Source: Patescibacteria group bacterium (GTDB taxonomy: Bacteria > Patescibacteriota > Minisyncoccia > UBA6257 > 2-01-FULL-56-20). Taken from it: DNA of 64,000 nucleotides. Positions 19,560 through 28,318 of this stretch are shown here, piece by piece. The notes below the pieces were generated by a model. The model worked only from the letters and a program-made list of their open reading frames with translations. It was not told the origin of the DNA and did not search any database. How positions within the stretch are numbered: the first letter of the stretch is position 1; every line of letters begins with the position of its first letter. Where the stretch lies: the NCBI GenBank assembly GCA_038063755.1, contig JBBTUL010000011.1, positions 71,040-135,039 on the forward strand. Reading direction: 5' to 3'. Position numbers and translations under genes: made by a program.

Positions 19560-20444
19560 CTACCTTTCCGATGCGATATTGAGTGTTTTTGTGATCGGGG
19601 ATGGTTTTACGTGGATCGTCCCATTTACATCAGTACGAAAAACCGCACTGCCCAAACGTGAGAGAACGGTTAAAATACCTGCCGATGGATGACCGTATCT
19701 ATTCTCTGCTCCAACCCCAATAAGCGCCACTTCTGGACCCACTGCTTGTAAAAAGTCATTACTTGAAGAAAACTTTGATCCGTGATGTCCGACCTTCAAA
19801 ATATTCGCTGAAAGCTTTTCTTCTTTTGAAATCAAATACCGTTCAAGATTTGATCCTGCGTCACCAACAAGAAGCATGGTCCAGTCCTTGGTTTCGACTT
19901 TTTCGACAAGAGAGGTGTCATTCAATTCTCCGCTTTCTATGATCATTGGGTCCGGCGAAAGAATGCGAATTACACTTTCCCCTTGCTTAATACTGTCTCC
20001 TGCGCCAAGGACAATAATTGGAATATTTCGTTTTTTTATTTCGCCAAGAAGTGCGTTCCATCTTATTCTCGCCTCTCCCTCGGGAGTTCTGCCGTTTATA
20101 ATAAACGTTCCAAACTTATACCTTGCGAGAAGGTGTGAAAATCCTCCAAAATGATCAAGTTGCGGATGAGAAATTATCGCGATATCTATATATGAACCCT
20201 CCGGAAGCTCGCTTCGAATCGCTCGGAGTATTGATGAATCTGGTCCACCGTCCGTCATGATTCTTGCGCCGGAATCGAATTGAACAAGAGAAGAATCACC
20301 TTGGCCTACATCAAAAAAATAAACTTCGTTCTTCGATGAGCCGGTTTCTGTAAAAATTCGGTTCCATAAAAAAACGTCAAATACAAAAAATGTCGCCACA
20401 AAAATTATTCCAAGTGTATTATTTTTTTCTGCGTAAAGATCCAT
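19560..20444 (-). CDS. ComEC metallo-beta-lactamase domain protein
   Basis: DVGQGDS, SHPQLDHFGG, LNDTS, KVGHHGS, NRYGHP, RTDVNG. Confidence 0.92.
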   Translation of the reverse strand: MDLYAEKNNTLGIIFVATFFVFDVFLWNRIFTETGSSKNEVYFFDVGQGDSSLVQFDSGARIMTDGGPDSSILRAIRSELPEGSYIDIAIISHPQLDHFGGFSHLLARYKFGTFIINGRTPEGEARIRWNALLGEIKKRNIPIIVLGAGDSIKQGESVIRILSPDPMIIESGELNDTSLVEKVETKDWTMLLVGDAGSNLERYLISKEEKLSANILKVGHHGSKFSSSNDFLQAVGPEVALIGVGAENRYGHPSAGILTVLSRLGSAVFRTDVNGTIHVKPSPITKTLNIASER

Positions 20445-21837
20445 TGTCTAGATGATTGTTTTTAATGAGAAAAAAGAAAATCATCAAATAATAGATTGCG
20501 TACAGGAAAGCAGAAAATCGAAAACCTAAAAACTGAAACGGAATCTTACTAAAAAAATTTATTATGCCGGTTTCGTAGAGTAGGAGGATCTTCAGAAACA
20601 ACGCGATCGGAAACGAAAGAGATGCAGAAAAAAGGCCGAGAACGGCAACAACGAATCCAAAAAACATCGTTATTGGAACAAACGGAAGAATAAGCGTGTT
20701 TGGAATAAATGAAAGAAATGAAGCGGAACCAAGCGAGGTTGTAAGTATCGGAAGAACAACAATTTGAGCTCCGAGACTCTGAGAAGCAGCCTTCGTAAGC
20801 CATGATCCCTCCTTTTTTTCTTGTCTTAATTTTGATAACAAGACTTCAAGTTTTGGAGCGACGAAGGCGATACCTAAAAGACTTACGAAGGATAGCTGAA
20901 ATCCCAAAGAGAATAAAATACTCGGACTCGTGACTATCATGAAAAGCGCTATAAAAACGATAGAATGGCCGAAGCTGTAAAGGCGGCCGATGTGACGAGC
21001 GAAGAGGGCAAGAAAGCCCATTCCCGCCGCTCGAACGATAGAAGGCTCGCCTCCAACCATCACCACAAAAATAAGAATTGCGAAAAGTGTTGCGATGAAT
21101 GTAATCTTTCGAGAAAAATAAGGAAGAAGCGTCGCGTATATTACCGTAACAAGAATTGCAACATTGTACCCGGAAAGCGCGACCAAGTGCGTTGTTCCGC
21201 TATCCTTCATTTTCTCGCGAAATTCCTTGCTGAAACCGCTTCGATTCCCGAGAGTTATTCCGCTCGCAAATACCCCCAAATCTCCAGGAAGATGCTCGGT
21301 AAGAGCAGAAATTGCTTTCTGTTTTACGGCAATAAGCTCTTTTCTGATAAAATTTTTTCCCGAACCAGATCTTACTTTGAGGATTTTTGGAAATGCCGCA
21401 AGATGATCCCCGAATTTTTTTTCGTGCGCGGTTATGATCCCTTCGACATCGATATGATCTCCATAAAAGAACGACCCGTTGCTTATCACCTTGATCTTCC
21501 CCGCTCTTGGAGTTTCGAGCTCCGCAAGGAACGAAGCGCTTCCACCTTCAATTGTGATGGGTTCACTTACGATCTCCGCAGAGAAACGGACTCTTTCGTT
21601 AAAGATGATGTCTTCTTGAGATCTTTCTCGCTCAAGCGAGAAAGATCCGTACCATGCCCCGCAGAGAAAACCAAGCAAAACGACGAAAGCGAAAAGTGAC
21701 TTTTTGAAAAGGAAAAGAGATGAAGAACAAAGCAGGGCAATCACAATCAACAAAAAACCGGGAGTACTGATCCCGAAAAGGAACATTCCAGACAAAAAAG
21801 AAAGGGAGGTCCAGAAAATTATTTCCGCGCGCGCCAT
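20419..21837 (-). CDS. comEC: ComEC/Rec2 competence membrane domain
   Basis: GTTHLVALSGYNV, PSIVRA, GFQLSF; many TMs. Confidence 0.92.
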   Translation of the reverse strand: MARAEIIFWTSLSFLSGMFLFGISTPGFLLIVIALLCSSSLFLFKKSLFAFVVLLGFLCGAWYGSFSLERERSQEDIIFNERVRFSAEIVSEPITIEGGSASFLAELETPRAGKIKVISNGSFFYGDHIDVEGIITAHEKKFGDHLAAFPKILKVRSGSGKNFIRKELIAVKQKAISALTEHLPGDLGVFASGITLGNRSGFSKEFREKMKDSGTTHLVALSGYNVAILVTVIYATLLPYFSRKITFIATLFAILIFVVMVGGEPSIVRAAGMGFLALFARHIGRLYSFGHSIVFIALFMIVTSPSILFSLGFQLSFVSLLGIAFVAPKLEVLLSKLRQEKKEGSWLTKAASQSLGAQIVVLPILTTSLGSASFLSFIPNTLILPFVPITMFFGFVVAVLGLFSASLSFPIALFLKILLLYETGIINFFSKIPFQFLGFRFSAFLYAIYYLMIFFFLIKNNHLDNGSLRRKK

Positions 21838-22484
21838 TTCTTTATGGCGCTATGATTTCCCGATACAAGTACTCTTGGAACGTCCCAGCTTTTCTTGCTT
21901 CTTCCCGGAAAAAATTTCTCCGGACGAGTATAGGTGGAAAATGAACCATTGACACTCTCGAGAGATTCGAGCTTTCCGAGAAATCCTGGTAAAAAACGAC
22001 TCGTTGATTCTGCAAGTACCAACGCAGCCAACTCGCCTCCCGAAAGAACATACTCACCAATAGAGATCTCCTCGTCAGCAATGTATTCTGCGACTCGCTC
22101 ATCGACGCCTTCGTATCTGCCGCAGATACAAACAATTCGTTCGTACTTTGAAAGTCGTTCCGCGTACGAGCTAGTAAGCTTCTTTCCCCGAGTGCTGAAA
22201 AGCAAAACCTTCGTCTTCTTCTTTCCTTTTGAAAGAATCGACGAAACTGCGCGAAAAATTGGGTCCACCTGGAGAACCATCCCGGGACCCCCACCAAATG
22301 GTCGATCATCGACTTTTTTGTGTCTTTCTCTTGAAAAATCACGGATATTATGGACAAAAACCTTTACGGTTCCCTCCATCCTTGCACGCCGAAATAAAGA
22401 TTCGTTAAGATAAGAATCAAAAATTCTTGGAAAAATAGTAAGAAAATGAAACTCGACTTGCCTAGCCTTTTTCTTTTCTTTCAT
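21819..22484 (-). CDS. trmD: tRNA (guanine-N1)-methyltransferase
   Basis: VDDRPFGGGPGMV, CGRYEGVDER, SIGEYVLSGGE, YTRP, SGNH. Confidence 0.97.
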   Translation of the reverse strand: MKEKKKARQVEFHFLTIFPRIFDSYLNESLFRRARMEGTVKVFVHNIRDFSRERHKKVDDRPFGGGPGMVLQVDPIFRAVSSILSKGKKKTKVLLFSTRGKKLTSSYAERLSKYERIVCICGRYEGVDERVAEYIADEEISIGEYVLSGGELAALVLAESTSRFLPGFLGKLESLESVNGSFSTYTRPEKFFPGRSKKSWDVPRVLVSGNHSAIKKWRARK

Positions 22485-22492
22485 GGGTTTAT

Positions 22493-24427
22493 CTACTCTT
22501 CGTCGTGCGTTATCTCAGCTTTATGAAGTGATTCTGCTATTGCCTTTCTCAGGTCTGCAATGTTAACTCCGTCCTTTTTTCTTTCCGCTCTTTGTTTCTC
22601 TGGCACTGACCTTTCCGAAAGATCCTTGAGCGAAAGAGTTTTTTCGGTACTGCTTTGCTGCGATGCCCTTGCTTCTACTTCAATTCTTGGGACAAAAGAT
22701 CTTTTTCTCTGTTGAAACTGAAGCTCCGATCGCTCTGGGCGCTTCGGAAAGTCTTTATTCTGAATTTCCTGCGGAGCTTTTCGAGACACTGCCTCCTCGG
22801 GCTGCTCCGTCCTTTCCTCTGTCGGATGAAGAATCTTTGTTTTTTCTTCACCGCCTCCCTCGAACTCGATCCCGAGACTCGCAAGATCAGCAGAAAACTG
22901 TTTCTGATTAACGCTGACCTTCGGGGAGGAAGATCTCGATGCAGGCATAATTGTCCCCTCTTTTATCCCGGCGAGACATTCTCGGCAGTATACGGGCTTC
23001 CCGGGTATGGGCTCAAAAGGAACGGTTGTTTCTCTCCCGCAAGATGAGCAAATTGCCGAGAAAGACTCTCCGCTTCTCGGAGTGCTCGCTCGCGACATAA
23101 TTGTTTCTCCCTCTCCTCCCCTCGGAACCATTCCGGCCCATCGATTAATTTCGTCCTCAATGACTTCCCGGGGGCGAGCGTATCTTTCCCTTGACTGCTC
23201 AATAATTTCCTGCGCAGTCGATGCGTCCTCTACTCCTTTTATGGGCGGTAATGTTTTCGCGGAAAACGGCCTTGAGGCAACCCCGTCGCATAAAAGTTTC
23301 AAATAAATATGATAGTTCGGAAGGTTTACGATGTCTTGGATAGTAAACTCCGGCTCAAACTCGCTTTCGAGAAACTCCGCATCGGCAGCCCCGACACGAA
23401 AGATGATCATCGTTCCTGCGTTTCCAAAAATTGCGTCTCTTACTTTTGTAGAAACATCCGTAACAAGTTGTCCTATATATTGATGCGCCAGTATCAGATC
23501 AAGTCGATATTTTCTTGCTTCAGATAAAACACTCGCAAATGAATCCGTTGCGAAGTTTTGAAATTCATCGACGTAGAGATAGAAGTCGACGCGCTCGTCC
23601 TCCGGAATACGGACGCGCTCCATCGAGGCAAGTTGAATTTTCGTAATAAGCATCGCTCCCAAAAGCGCGGAGTTATCCTCCCCAATGCGCCCCTTGGAGA
23701 CATTTACCAAAAAAATCTTTCCTTCGTTCATAATGTTAAATATGTCCATCGTGCTTTTCGATTGTCCGACGACGTTTCTCACGATTGCGGTTGAAAGAAA
23801 TTGACCAACCTTGTTTTGAATAGGCGCTATGGCTTCGTTTCTGAACTTGTCTTGCCACGCCTCATACTCGTGAATCCAAAAAGCCTTTACCACTGGATCT
23901 TTAATGTTATTCACAATGGTCTGCCGAAATTCTTTATCGACCAAAATGCGAGTGATACCAAGGAGCGTTGAGCCGGGTGTGTCGAGAAGCGCAAGGATTG
24001 CGTTGTTTAAAATGTATTCCATTCTCGCCGACCAGACATTTGACCAAATTTTCGTAAAAATTCCCATAAGACCTGAAGCAACCAAATGCTTGTATTTCGG
24101 GTCTGGCAGTTCAAGCACATTAAAGCCAATGTGATAATCGATGTCAGCTGGATTGAAATATACGACATCCTTTACGCGCTCCTTCGGGATTTTCGAAAGA
24201 ACTCCCTCAATAAGCTCTCCGTGCGGGTCAACGACACACACGCCTTCGCCGTTTGCGATATCTTGAATAATAAGATTGCTTAAAAAAGCGGACTTTCCGG
24301 TACCGGTCTTTCCGATAACATACATGTGCTGCCTTCGATCGTTTCTTTTGATGCCAAAAATCCGATCGGCGTTACGAAAATCGGTTTTCGCAAAATATAC
24401 GACATCTCTGTCCGGTCTATCAATCAT
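22493..24427 (-). CDS. VirD4/TraD-like (HerA/FtsK clan) ATPase with C-terminal CxxC-x17-CxxC Zn domain
   Basis: Walker A GKTGTGKS, DPHG, YVDEFQN, SEARKY, AHQY; CSSC..VPFEP..GKPVYCREC; low-complexity tail. Confidence 0.88.
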   Translation of the reverse strand: MIDRPDRDVVYFAKTDFRNADRIFGIKRNDRRQHMYVIGKTGTGKSAFLSNLIIQDIANGEGVCVVDPHGELIEGVLSKIPKERVKDVVYFNPADIDYHIGFNVLELPDPKYKHLVASGLMGIFTKIWSNVWSARMEYILNNAILALLDTPGSTLLGITRILVDKEFRQTIVNNIKDPVVKAFWIHEYEAWQDKFRNEAIAPIQNKVGQFLSTAIVRNVVGQSKSTMDIFNIMNEGKIFLVNVSKGRIGEDNSALLGAMLITKIQLASMERVRIPEDERVDFYLYVDEFQNFATDSFASVLSEARKYRLDLILAHQYIGQLVTDVSTKVRDAIFGNAGTMIIFRVGAADAEFLESEFEPEFTIQDIVNLPNYHIYLKLLCDGVASRPFSAKTLPPIKGVEDASTAQEIIEQSRERYARPREVIEDEINRWAGMVPRGGEGETIMSRASTPRSGESFSAICSSCGRETTVPFEPIPGKPVYCRECLAGIKEGTIMPASRSSSPKVSVNQKQFSADLASLGIEFEGGGEEKTKILHPTEERTEQPEEAVSRKAPQEIQNKDFPKRPERSELQFQQRKRSFVPRIEVEARASQQSSTEKTLSLKDLSERSVPEKQRAERKKDGVNIADLRKAIAESLHKAEITHDEE

Positions 24428-24487
24428 GTCTCTTTATTATACGTTATATTTGCCCCTTCATATAGCATTTTTCACGCTTCTAGCAAC

Positions 24488-26263
24488 CTATCGAGTTTCA
24501 GCCAAAAAACACGACTCACAGTAAACAATTGCCTCTTTCTCATTCGAAAATGTGGTCTCGAATGAGTTCTCACACCTCTTGGATCCGTGAGAATGAATTG
24601 TGTTATTTTTATACTTTCCCGACTCTCCTCCTTCGCACATACAAAATCCCTTCTGCCATCGGGGAGGGTTCCTCTTTGCTGTTCGCGCAGAATGCCGACA
24701 AGGAAAACAGCTTCTTGGAAGGGCAAGATTGAAGCGCTTGTAAAAACCAAGTTCTGCGGATGCAATTTGATAGGCTCGCTTGCAGGAAGCGCATCCGATA
24801 ACCTCTTTAAGAATTTCGTCGGATGTGTCGCTGATGTGGTCTGATAGCTCCTCAGCTCGAACCGTTATTTCAAAGTCGCGCAGATTCGGATCCTGCCACC
24901 CGAAACCCGTTTTTAACGCTTCTTCTTTCGCAAGTGGAAGAAGATCAAGCGCCATTGTTTCGTTGTATGCGTATGGGGAAAACTCCGGAGGAAAAAACTC
25001 GCCGTACCCGTAACTCTTCCCCCTGGCATCAACGTACGGCATCTCCTTCATGTGTTTTTTGAGTAGTGAAACCTTCTTCTGATACTCCTCTTTCGAATAC
25101 TGTTTATTAAAAATGCAATACTGCGCGCTTCTAAGGCCAATGCACGCGAAACAGTTCGAGGAAGAGTGACACTCGATACAATATTCAAGCTCGGTACAAC
25201 CAGGCCAGCATTCGATGCAAAATTTCAAGCGGTTTGATTCGTTGCCACAGGTAACGCATTCATATATAAGCTCGGTTGAATCACCCCAATTGGTGAAGTC
25301 GTATGATTCGCTTGTTCCCGCAAGAATGCTTTGGGAATACTTTACGTTCTCTACCCCTATTGCCTCATAGCAGTATTTTGCGTTTTTGGAATTATACACG
25401 TACTCACCAATTACATTTTCATTCTGGGACCCGTGAAAAAACTTCTCGGGAAACTGCTTGTCCATACTCATCATGCGTTCTTTCATCTTCCGAACTACTT
25501 CGTACGAACCGAGGTCAAACTTTTTGATTTCTCGCTCATATTCTTCCTTTGTATATGGCTTGTTGAAAATATAATATTTCTTATGCAGAAGATTCACGCA
25601 ACCAAAGCAGTCCGAACAATCGTCGCATCGTACGAGAAAGGCAGAGTTTTGACACCCTTCACAGTCGTAGGAGAAAAACGTTTTGTAACAACTTGCGACG
25701 AGAGAAACCTCGCTGCAAAGCTCCAGTTTTCCCGATTGGAAAAAATCCACTGAATCCTTCACATCCATAAAGGTAACGCCATAAAGCGAGTTTTCTCCAC
25801 GACCTCCATTGAAGCAAAGATAGCAATTTTTTAGGTCCCCGGACTGATCGCAATAATCGCTGTTTGAGAGTCTGAGGATAGACCGTGAAGCCCGAGGAAC
25901 TTTTTTGATAAACTCCCGGAATTGCGCAAAAAACGGTCTTGAAAGATCGCACTCTTCCCCAAAAGACAGGGGGTCCCATGAGTCAGACCACCACCGAGGA
26001 TGGTCGTAGACTTGAATCGGAGCTGACCTTGGAAAACTCGAAAATATTTCTTCTTTTGTAACGGCATCGACATTCCGAAATAATTGGTGGTCATTTCTGA
26101 AACACATCCTCCTCTGCATTCTGCACTCCGGACACCGCGTCGGTGGTGGAACATCCATCTTCTTGTAGAAATCGAAGTCTTCGGACTCAATAACAAAGTC
26201 CTTGCTGCAGTTTTGACAGACTTGTCCTGAGCTTGCCGAAGGGTTTTTGGTTTCGTGATTCAT
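24488..26263 (-). CDS. Cys-rich Zn-ribbon/repeat protein, paralog 2 (in-frame PSASSGQV insertion)
   Basis: 591 aa; same motif series as paralog 1. Confidence 0.9.
   Translation of the reverse strand: MNHETKNPSASSGQVCQNCSKDFVIESEDFDFYKKMDVPPPTRCPECRMQRRMCFRNDHQLFRNVDAVTKEEIFSSFPRSAPIQVYDHPRWWSDSWDPLSFGEECDLSRPFFAQFREFIKKVPRASRSILRLSNSDYCDQSGDLKNCYLCFNGGRGENSLYGVTFMDVKDSVDFFQSGKLELCSEVSLVASCYKTFFSYDCEGCQNSAFLVRCDDCSDCFGCVNLLHKKYYIFNKPYTKEEYEREIKKFDLGSYEVVRKMKERMMSMDKQFPEKFFHGSQNENVIGEYVYNSKNAKYCYEAIGVENVKYSQSILAGTSESYDFTNWGDSTELIYECVTCGNESNRLKFCIECWPGCTELEYCIECHSSSNCFACIGLRSAQYCIFNKQYSKEEYQKKVSLLKKHMKEMPYVDARGKSYGYGEFFPPEFSPYAYNETMALDLLPLAKEEALKTGFGWQDPNLRDFEITVRAEELSDHISDTSDEILKEVIGCASCKRAYQIASAELGFYKRFNLALPRSCFPCRHSARTAKRNPPRWQKGFCMCEGGESGKYKNNTIHSHGSKRCENSFETTFSNEKEAIVYCESCFLAETR
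26128..26176. repeat. 49-bp direct repeat, copy 1 (identical to 27982-28030)
   Basis: CCGGACACCGCGTCGGTGGTGGAACATCCATCTTCTTGTAGAAATCGAA. Confidence 0.95.
26226..26243. repeat. REP-like 18-bp imperfect palindrome (second copy at 50690-50707)
   Basis: CCTGAGCTTGCCGAAGGG, within the paralog 2 coding frame. Confidence 0.75.
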
Positions 26264-26290
26264 GAAGGACTATTTACTTTGGTCCAATCG

Positions 26291-28099
26291 TTACGCCGTC
26301 TCTGCCTGAAAACATCCTTCACAATAAACGATATCGGGAAGCGCCTTGTCATATGGAGACTCGAATGTATTCGTACAGCTTGATGACGATTCGTGGGCTT
26401 GATGCAGGGCGATGTTTTTATAGCCACCATCTAACGACACGTCCCCTCTACACTGACATTCTCGAGTATAGAGCTTTGCCGGAAGACGCTGTTTAATACG
26501 TTCGAAGTGGCGTGAATTGTAACAACGACGAGGGATTGGCAATCCGAACCTTTTATAGAATTCGAGTTCTTGTGGGATGATGCGAAAAACTCCCGTGCAG
26601 TTGTGCAGGATGGCCTCTTCGGAATCTTCATCCCAAGATCGGCATCGGATTGTTTGTCCGAGAAGGTCATCCGTGGCGTCCTCTATGGAATCCGGAACAT
26701 CTTGCCATCGCAGTGTCGCTTCGTGCTTTTTTCCCTCAGGTTTCTTCCATATCAGATGCTGTTCGGCAGCGGCATGTTCGGATAGTGGAAAGTTTTCTTG
26801 CGCGAGCGTGTGGTTATAGGGATAGGGAGAAAATTCCGCCGGGAAAAACTCGCCGTATGGGTACCGTAGCCCATTTGCGTCAACATACGGCATTGTATTC
26901 ATGTGCTCAATAACGCGTTCCCGGAGCGCGAAATACTCTTCCTTCGAATATTGCTTGTTCAAAATACAATACTCTCTCTTCTTAACTCCGGCACATCCGA
27001 AAAGATTTGAGGAATTACTACAATAGAGTGCGTATTCAAGATTCTTGTTTTCGGGCCAGCATTCCCAACAGAAGCGACAGTTATATATCCCCAAGCCACT
27101 TGCGACCGCTTCATAGACCAATTCGGCGTTATCTCCCCAGACGGTATAGTCGTAGCACTGCCTCGTGGGAGGCGTTAGTATGTACTGACAGTAACGACTG
27201 TCTTCAAGGCCAAGCGCAAGATAGCAATTTTCGGCATTTTTTGATTGATAGACATACGATCCCGAAGCATTTACGTTTTTGTTGTTTGCCGCATATTTAT
27301 TCGGAAACTTCAGCCAGAACTCGGCGCTTTTCTTCTTGAACTCTTCGATCTTTCCATAGGAGTTGAGAGCGAATTCCTTTACTCGTCTCTCGTATTCCTC
27401 CTTGGTGTAGGGTTCGTTGAAGATATGATATTTCTTGTTCTTTAAATTCACGCAACCGAAGCAGTCATGGCAACCAATACATTGTTTTGAGAACCACATA
27501 TCGTACGATCCGTTACAGCGCGTTGAAAAAAAGCACTTCGAACAGTCGGCGGAAAACGAAAGCTCGTAGCAGAATTCGCTACTATCCATATGTGAAAAAT
27601 CTATGCAGTTCTTTCCGTTATTAACCCCATTTCCGTACATGCAATCTTCGGCATAATTTCCGTTGAAAACGAGGTAGCAATTTTTAAACCCGGTATAATT
27701 GTTGGAATAGTCACTGTTTGTTCCATACACAACCGAAAGCGAGTAAATCGGCACCGCTTTCCAGAGGTCATAAAGCTGTGCAAGAAACGGCTTTGAAAAA
27801 TCGACCTCGCGCCCGAAAGACATCGGATCGATGGTGTCCCCGAAAAACAATTCATTCTCGACGATTTTTTGGCGGGAATCCGGAGGGAACATTGAAAATA
27901 TTTCCTTGCCCGAAACTTCGCTTTTTCGCTTATATAGGAAGCGCTCGTTTCTAAATGCCATCCTCCGCATCATCCTGCAGGCCGGACACCGCGTCGGTGG
28001 TGGAACATCCATCTTCTTGTAGAAATCGAAATCGACCGGCTCAAGAGCGAAATCCTGGTGACAACTCTCGCAGATGCGGTGTTCTATTGCGTCTGTCAC
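26291..28099 (-). CDS. Cys-rich Zn-ribbon/repeat protein, paralog 3
   Basis: 602 aa, GTG start; same motif series. Confidence 0.9.
   Translation of the reverse strand: MTDAIEHRICESCHQDFALEPVDFDFYKKMDVPPPTRCPACRMMRRMAFRNERFLYKRKSEVSGKEIFSMFPPDSRQKIVENELFFGDTIDPMSFGREVDFSKPFLAQLYDLWKAVPIYSLSVVYGTNSDYSNNYTGFKNCYLVFNGNYAEDCMYGNGVNNGKNCIDFSHMDSSEFCYELSFSADCSKCFFSTRCNGSYDMWFSKQCIGCHDCFGCVNLKNKKYHIFNEPYTKEEYERRVKEFALNSYGKIEEFKKKSAEFWLKFPNKYAANNKNVNASGSYVYQSKNAENCYLALGLEDSRYCQYILTPPTRQCYDYTVWGDNAELVYEAVASGLGIYNCRFCWECWPENKNLEYALYCSNSSNLFGCAGVKKREYCILNKQYSKEEYFALRERVIEHMNTMPYVDANGLRYPYGEFFPAEFSPYPYNHTLAQENFPLSEHAAAEQHLIWKKPEGKKHEATLRWQDVPDSIEDATDDLLGQTIRCRSWDEDSEEAILHNCTGVFRIIPQELEFYKRFGLPIPRRCYNSRHFERIKQRLPAKLYTRECQCRGDVSLDGGYKNIALHQAHESSSSCTNTFESPYDKALPDIVYCEGCFQAETA
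27982..28030. repeat. 49-bp direct repeat, copy 2
   Basis: Identical to 26128-26176. Confidence 0.95.
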
Positions 28100-28102
28100 G
28101 CC

Positions 28103-28294
28103 CTATCTTGAAAGTTGTTTTTTGAAGAACGCAGATTGCACCTCTGGAGTTTTCCCACCAAGAATCCAAAATGAAAATTCACTCTTTACGCCTCTGAGCT
28201 CCTTAGCTGACGCAAATACCGGCAGAATAAGCGATAAAATAATAAGAATGACGGCAATGGTGACAATGGTTTTTAACGAGTTTCTCATGTCCAT
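28103..28294 (-). CDS. Small membrane protein with a pilin-like N-terminal helix
   Basis: IVTIAVILIILSLILPVFASAKE; fills the gap between murD and paralog 3. Confidence 0.55.
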   Translation of the reverse strand: MDMRNSLKTIVTIAVILIILSLILPVFASAKELRGVKSEFSFWILGGKTPEVQSAFFKKQLSR

Positions 28295-28318
28295 ATTTTA
28301 CTTCAAAAAGCGAAATTG

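Noticed and set aside
20965-21699. Long antisense ORFs (also 7158-7784, 45136-45783, 46048-46668, 47018-47605, 50439-51002)
   Set aside because: They are shadows of well-supported genes on the opposite strand, with no recognisable motifs.
22493-24427. Conjugative element or ICE
   Set aside because: No relaxase, VirB4/mating-pair genes, integrase or att-flanked boundary; the gene is embedded among housekeeping genes.
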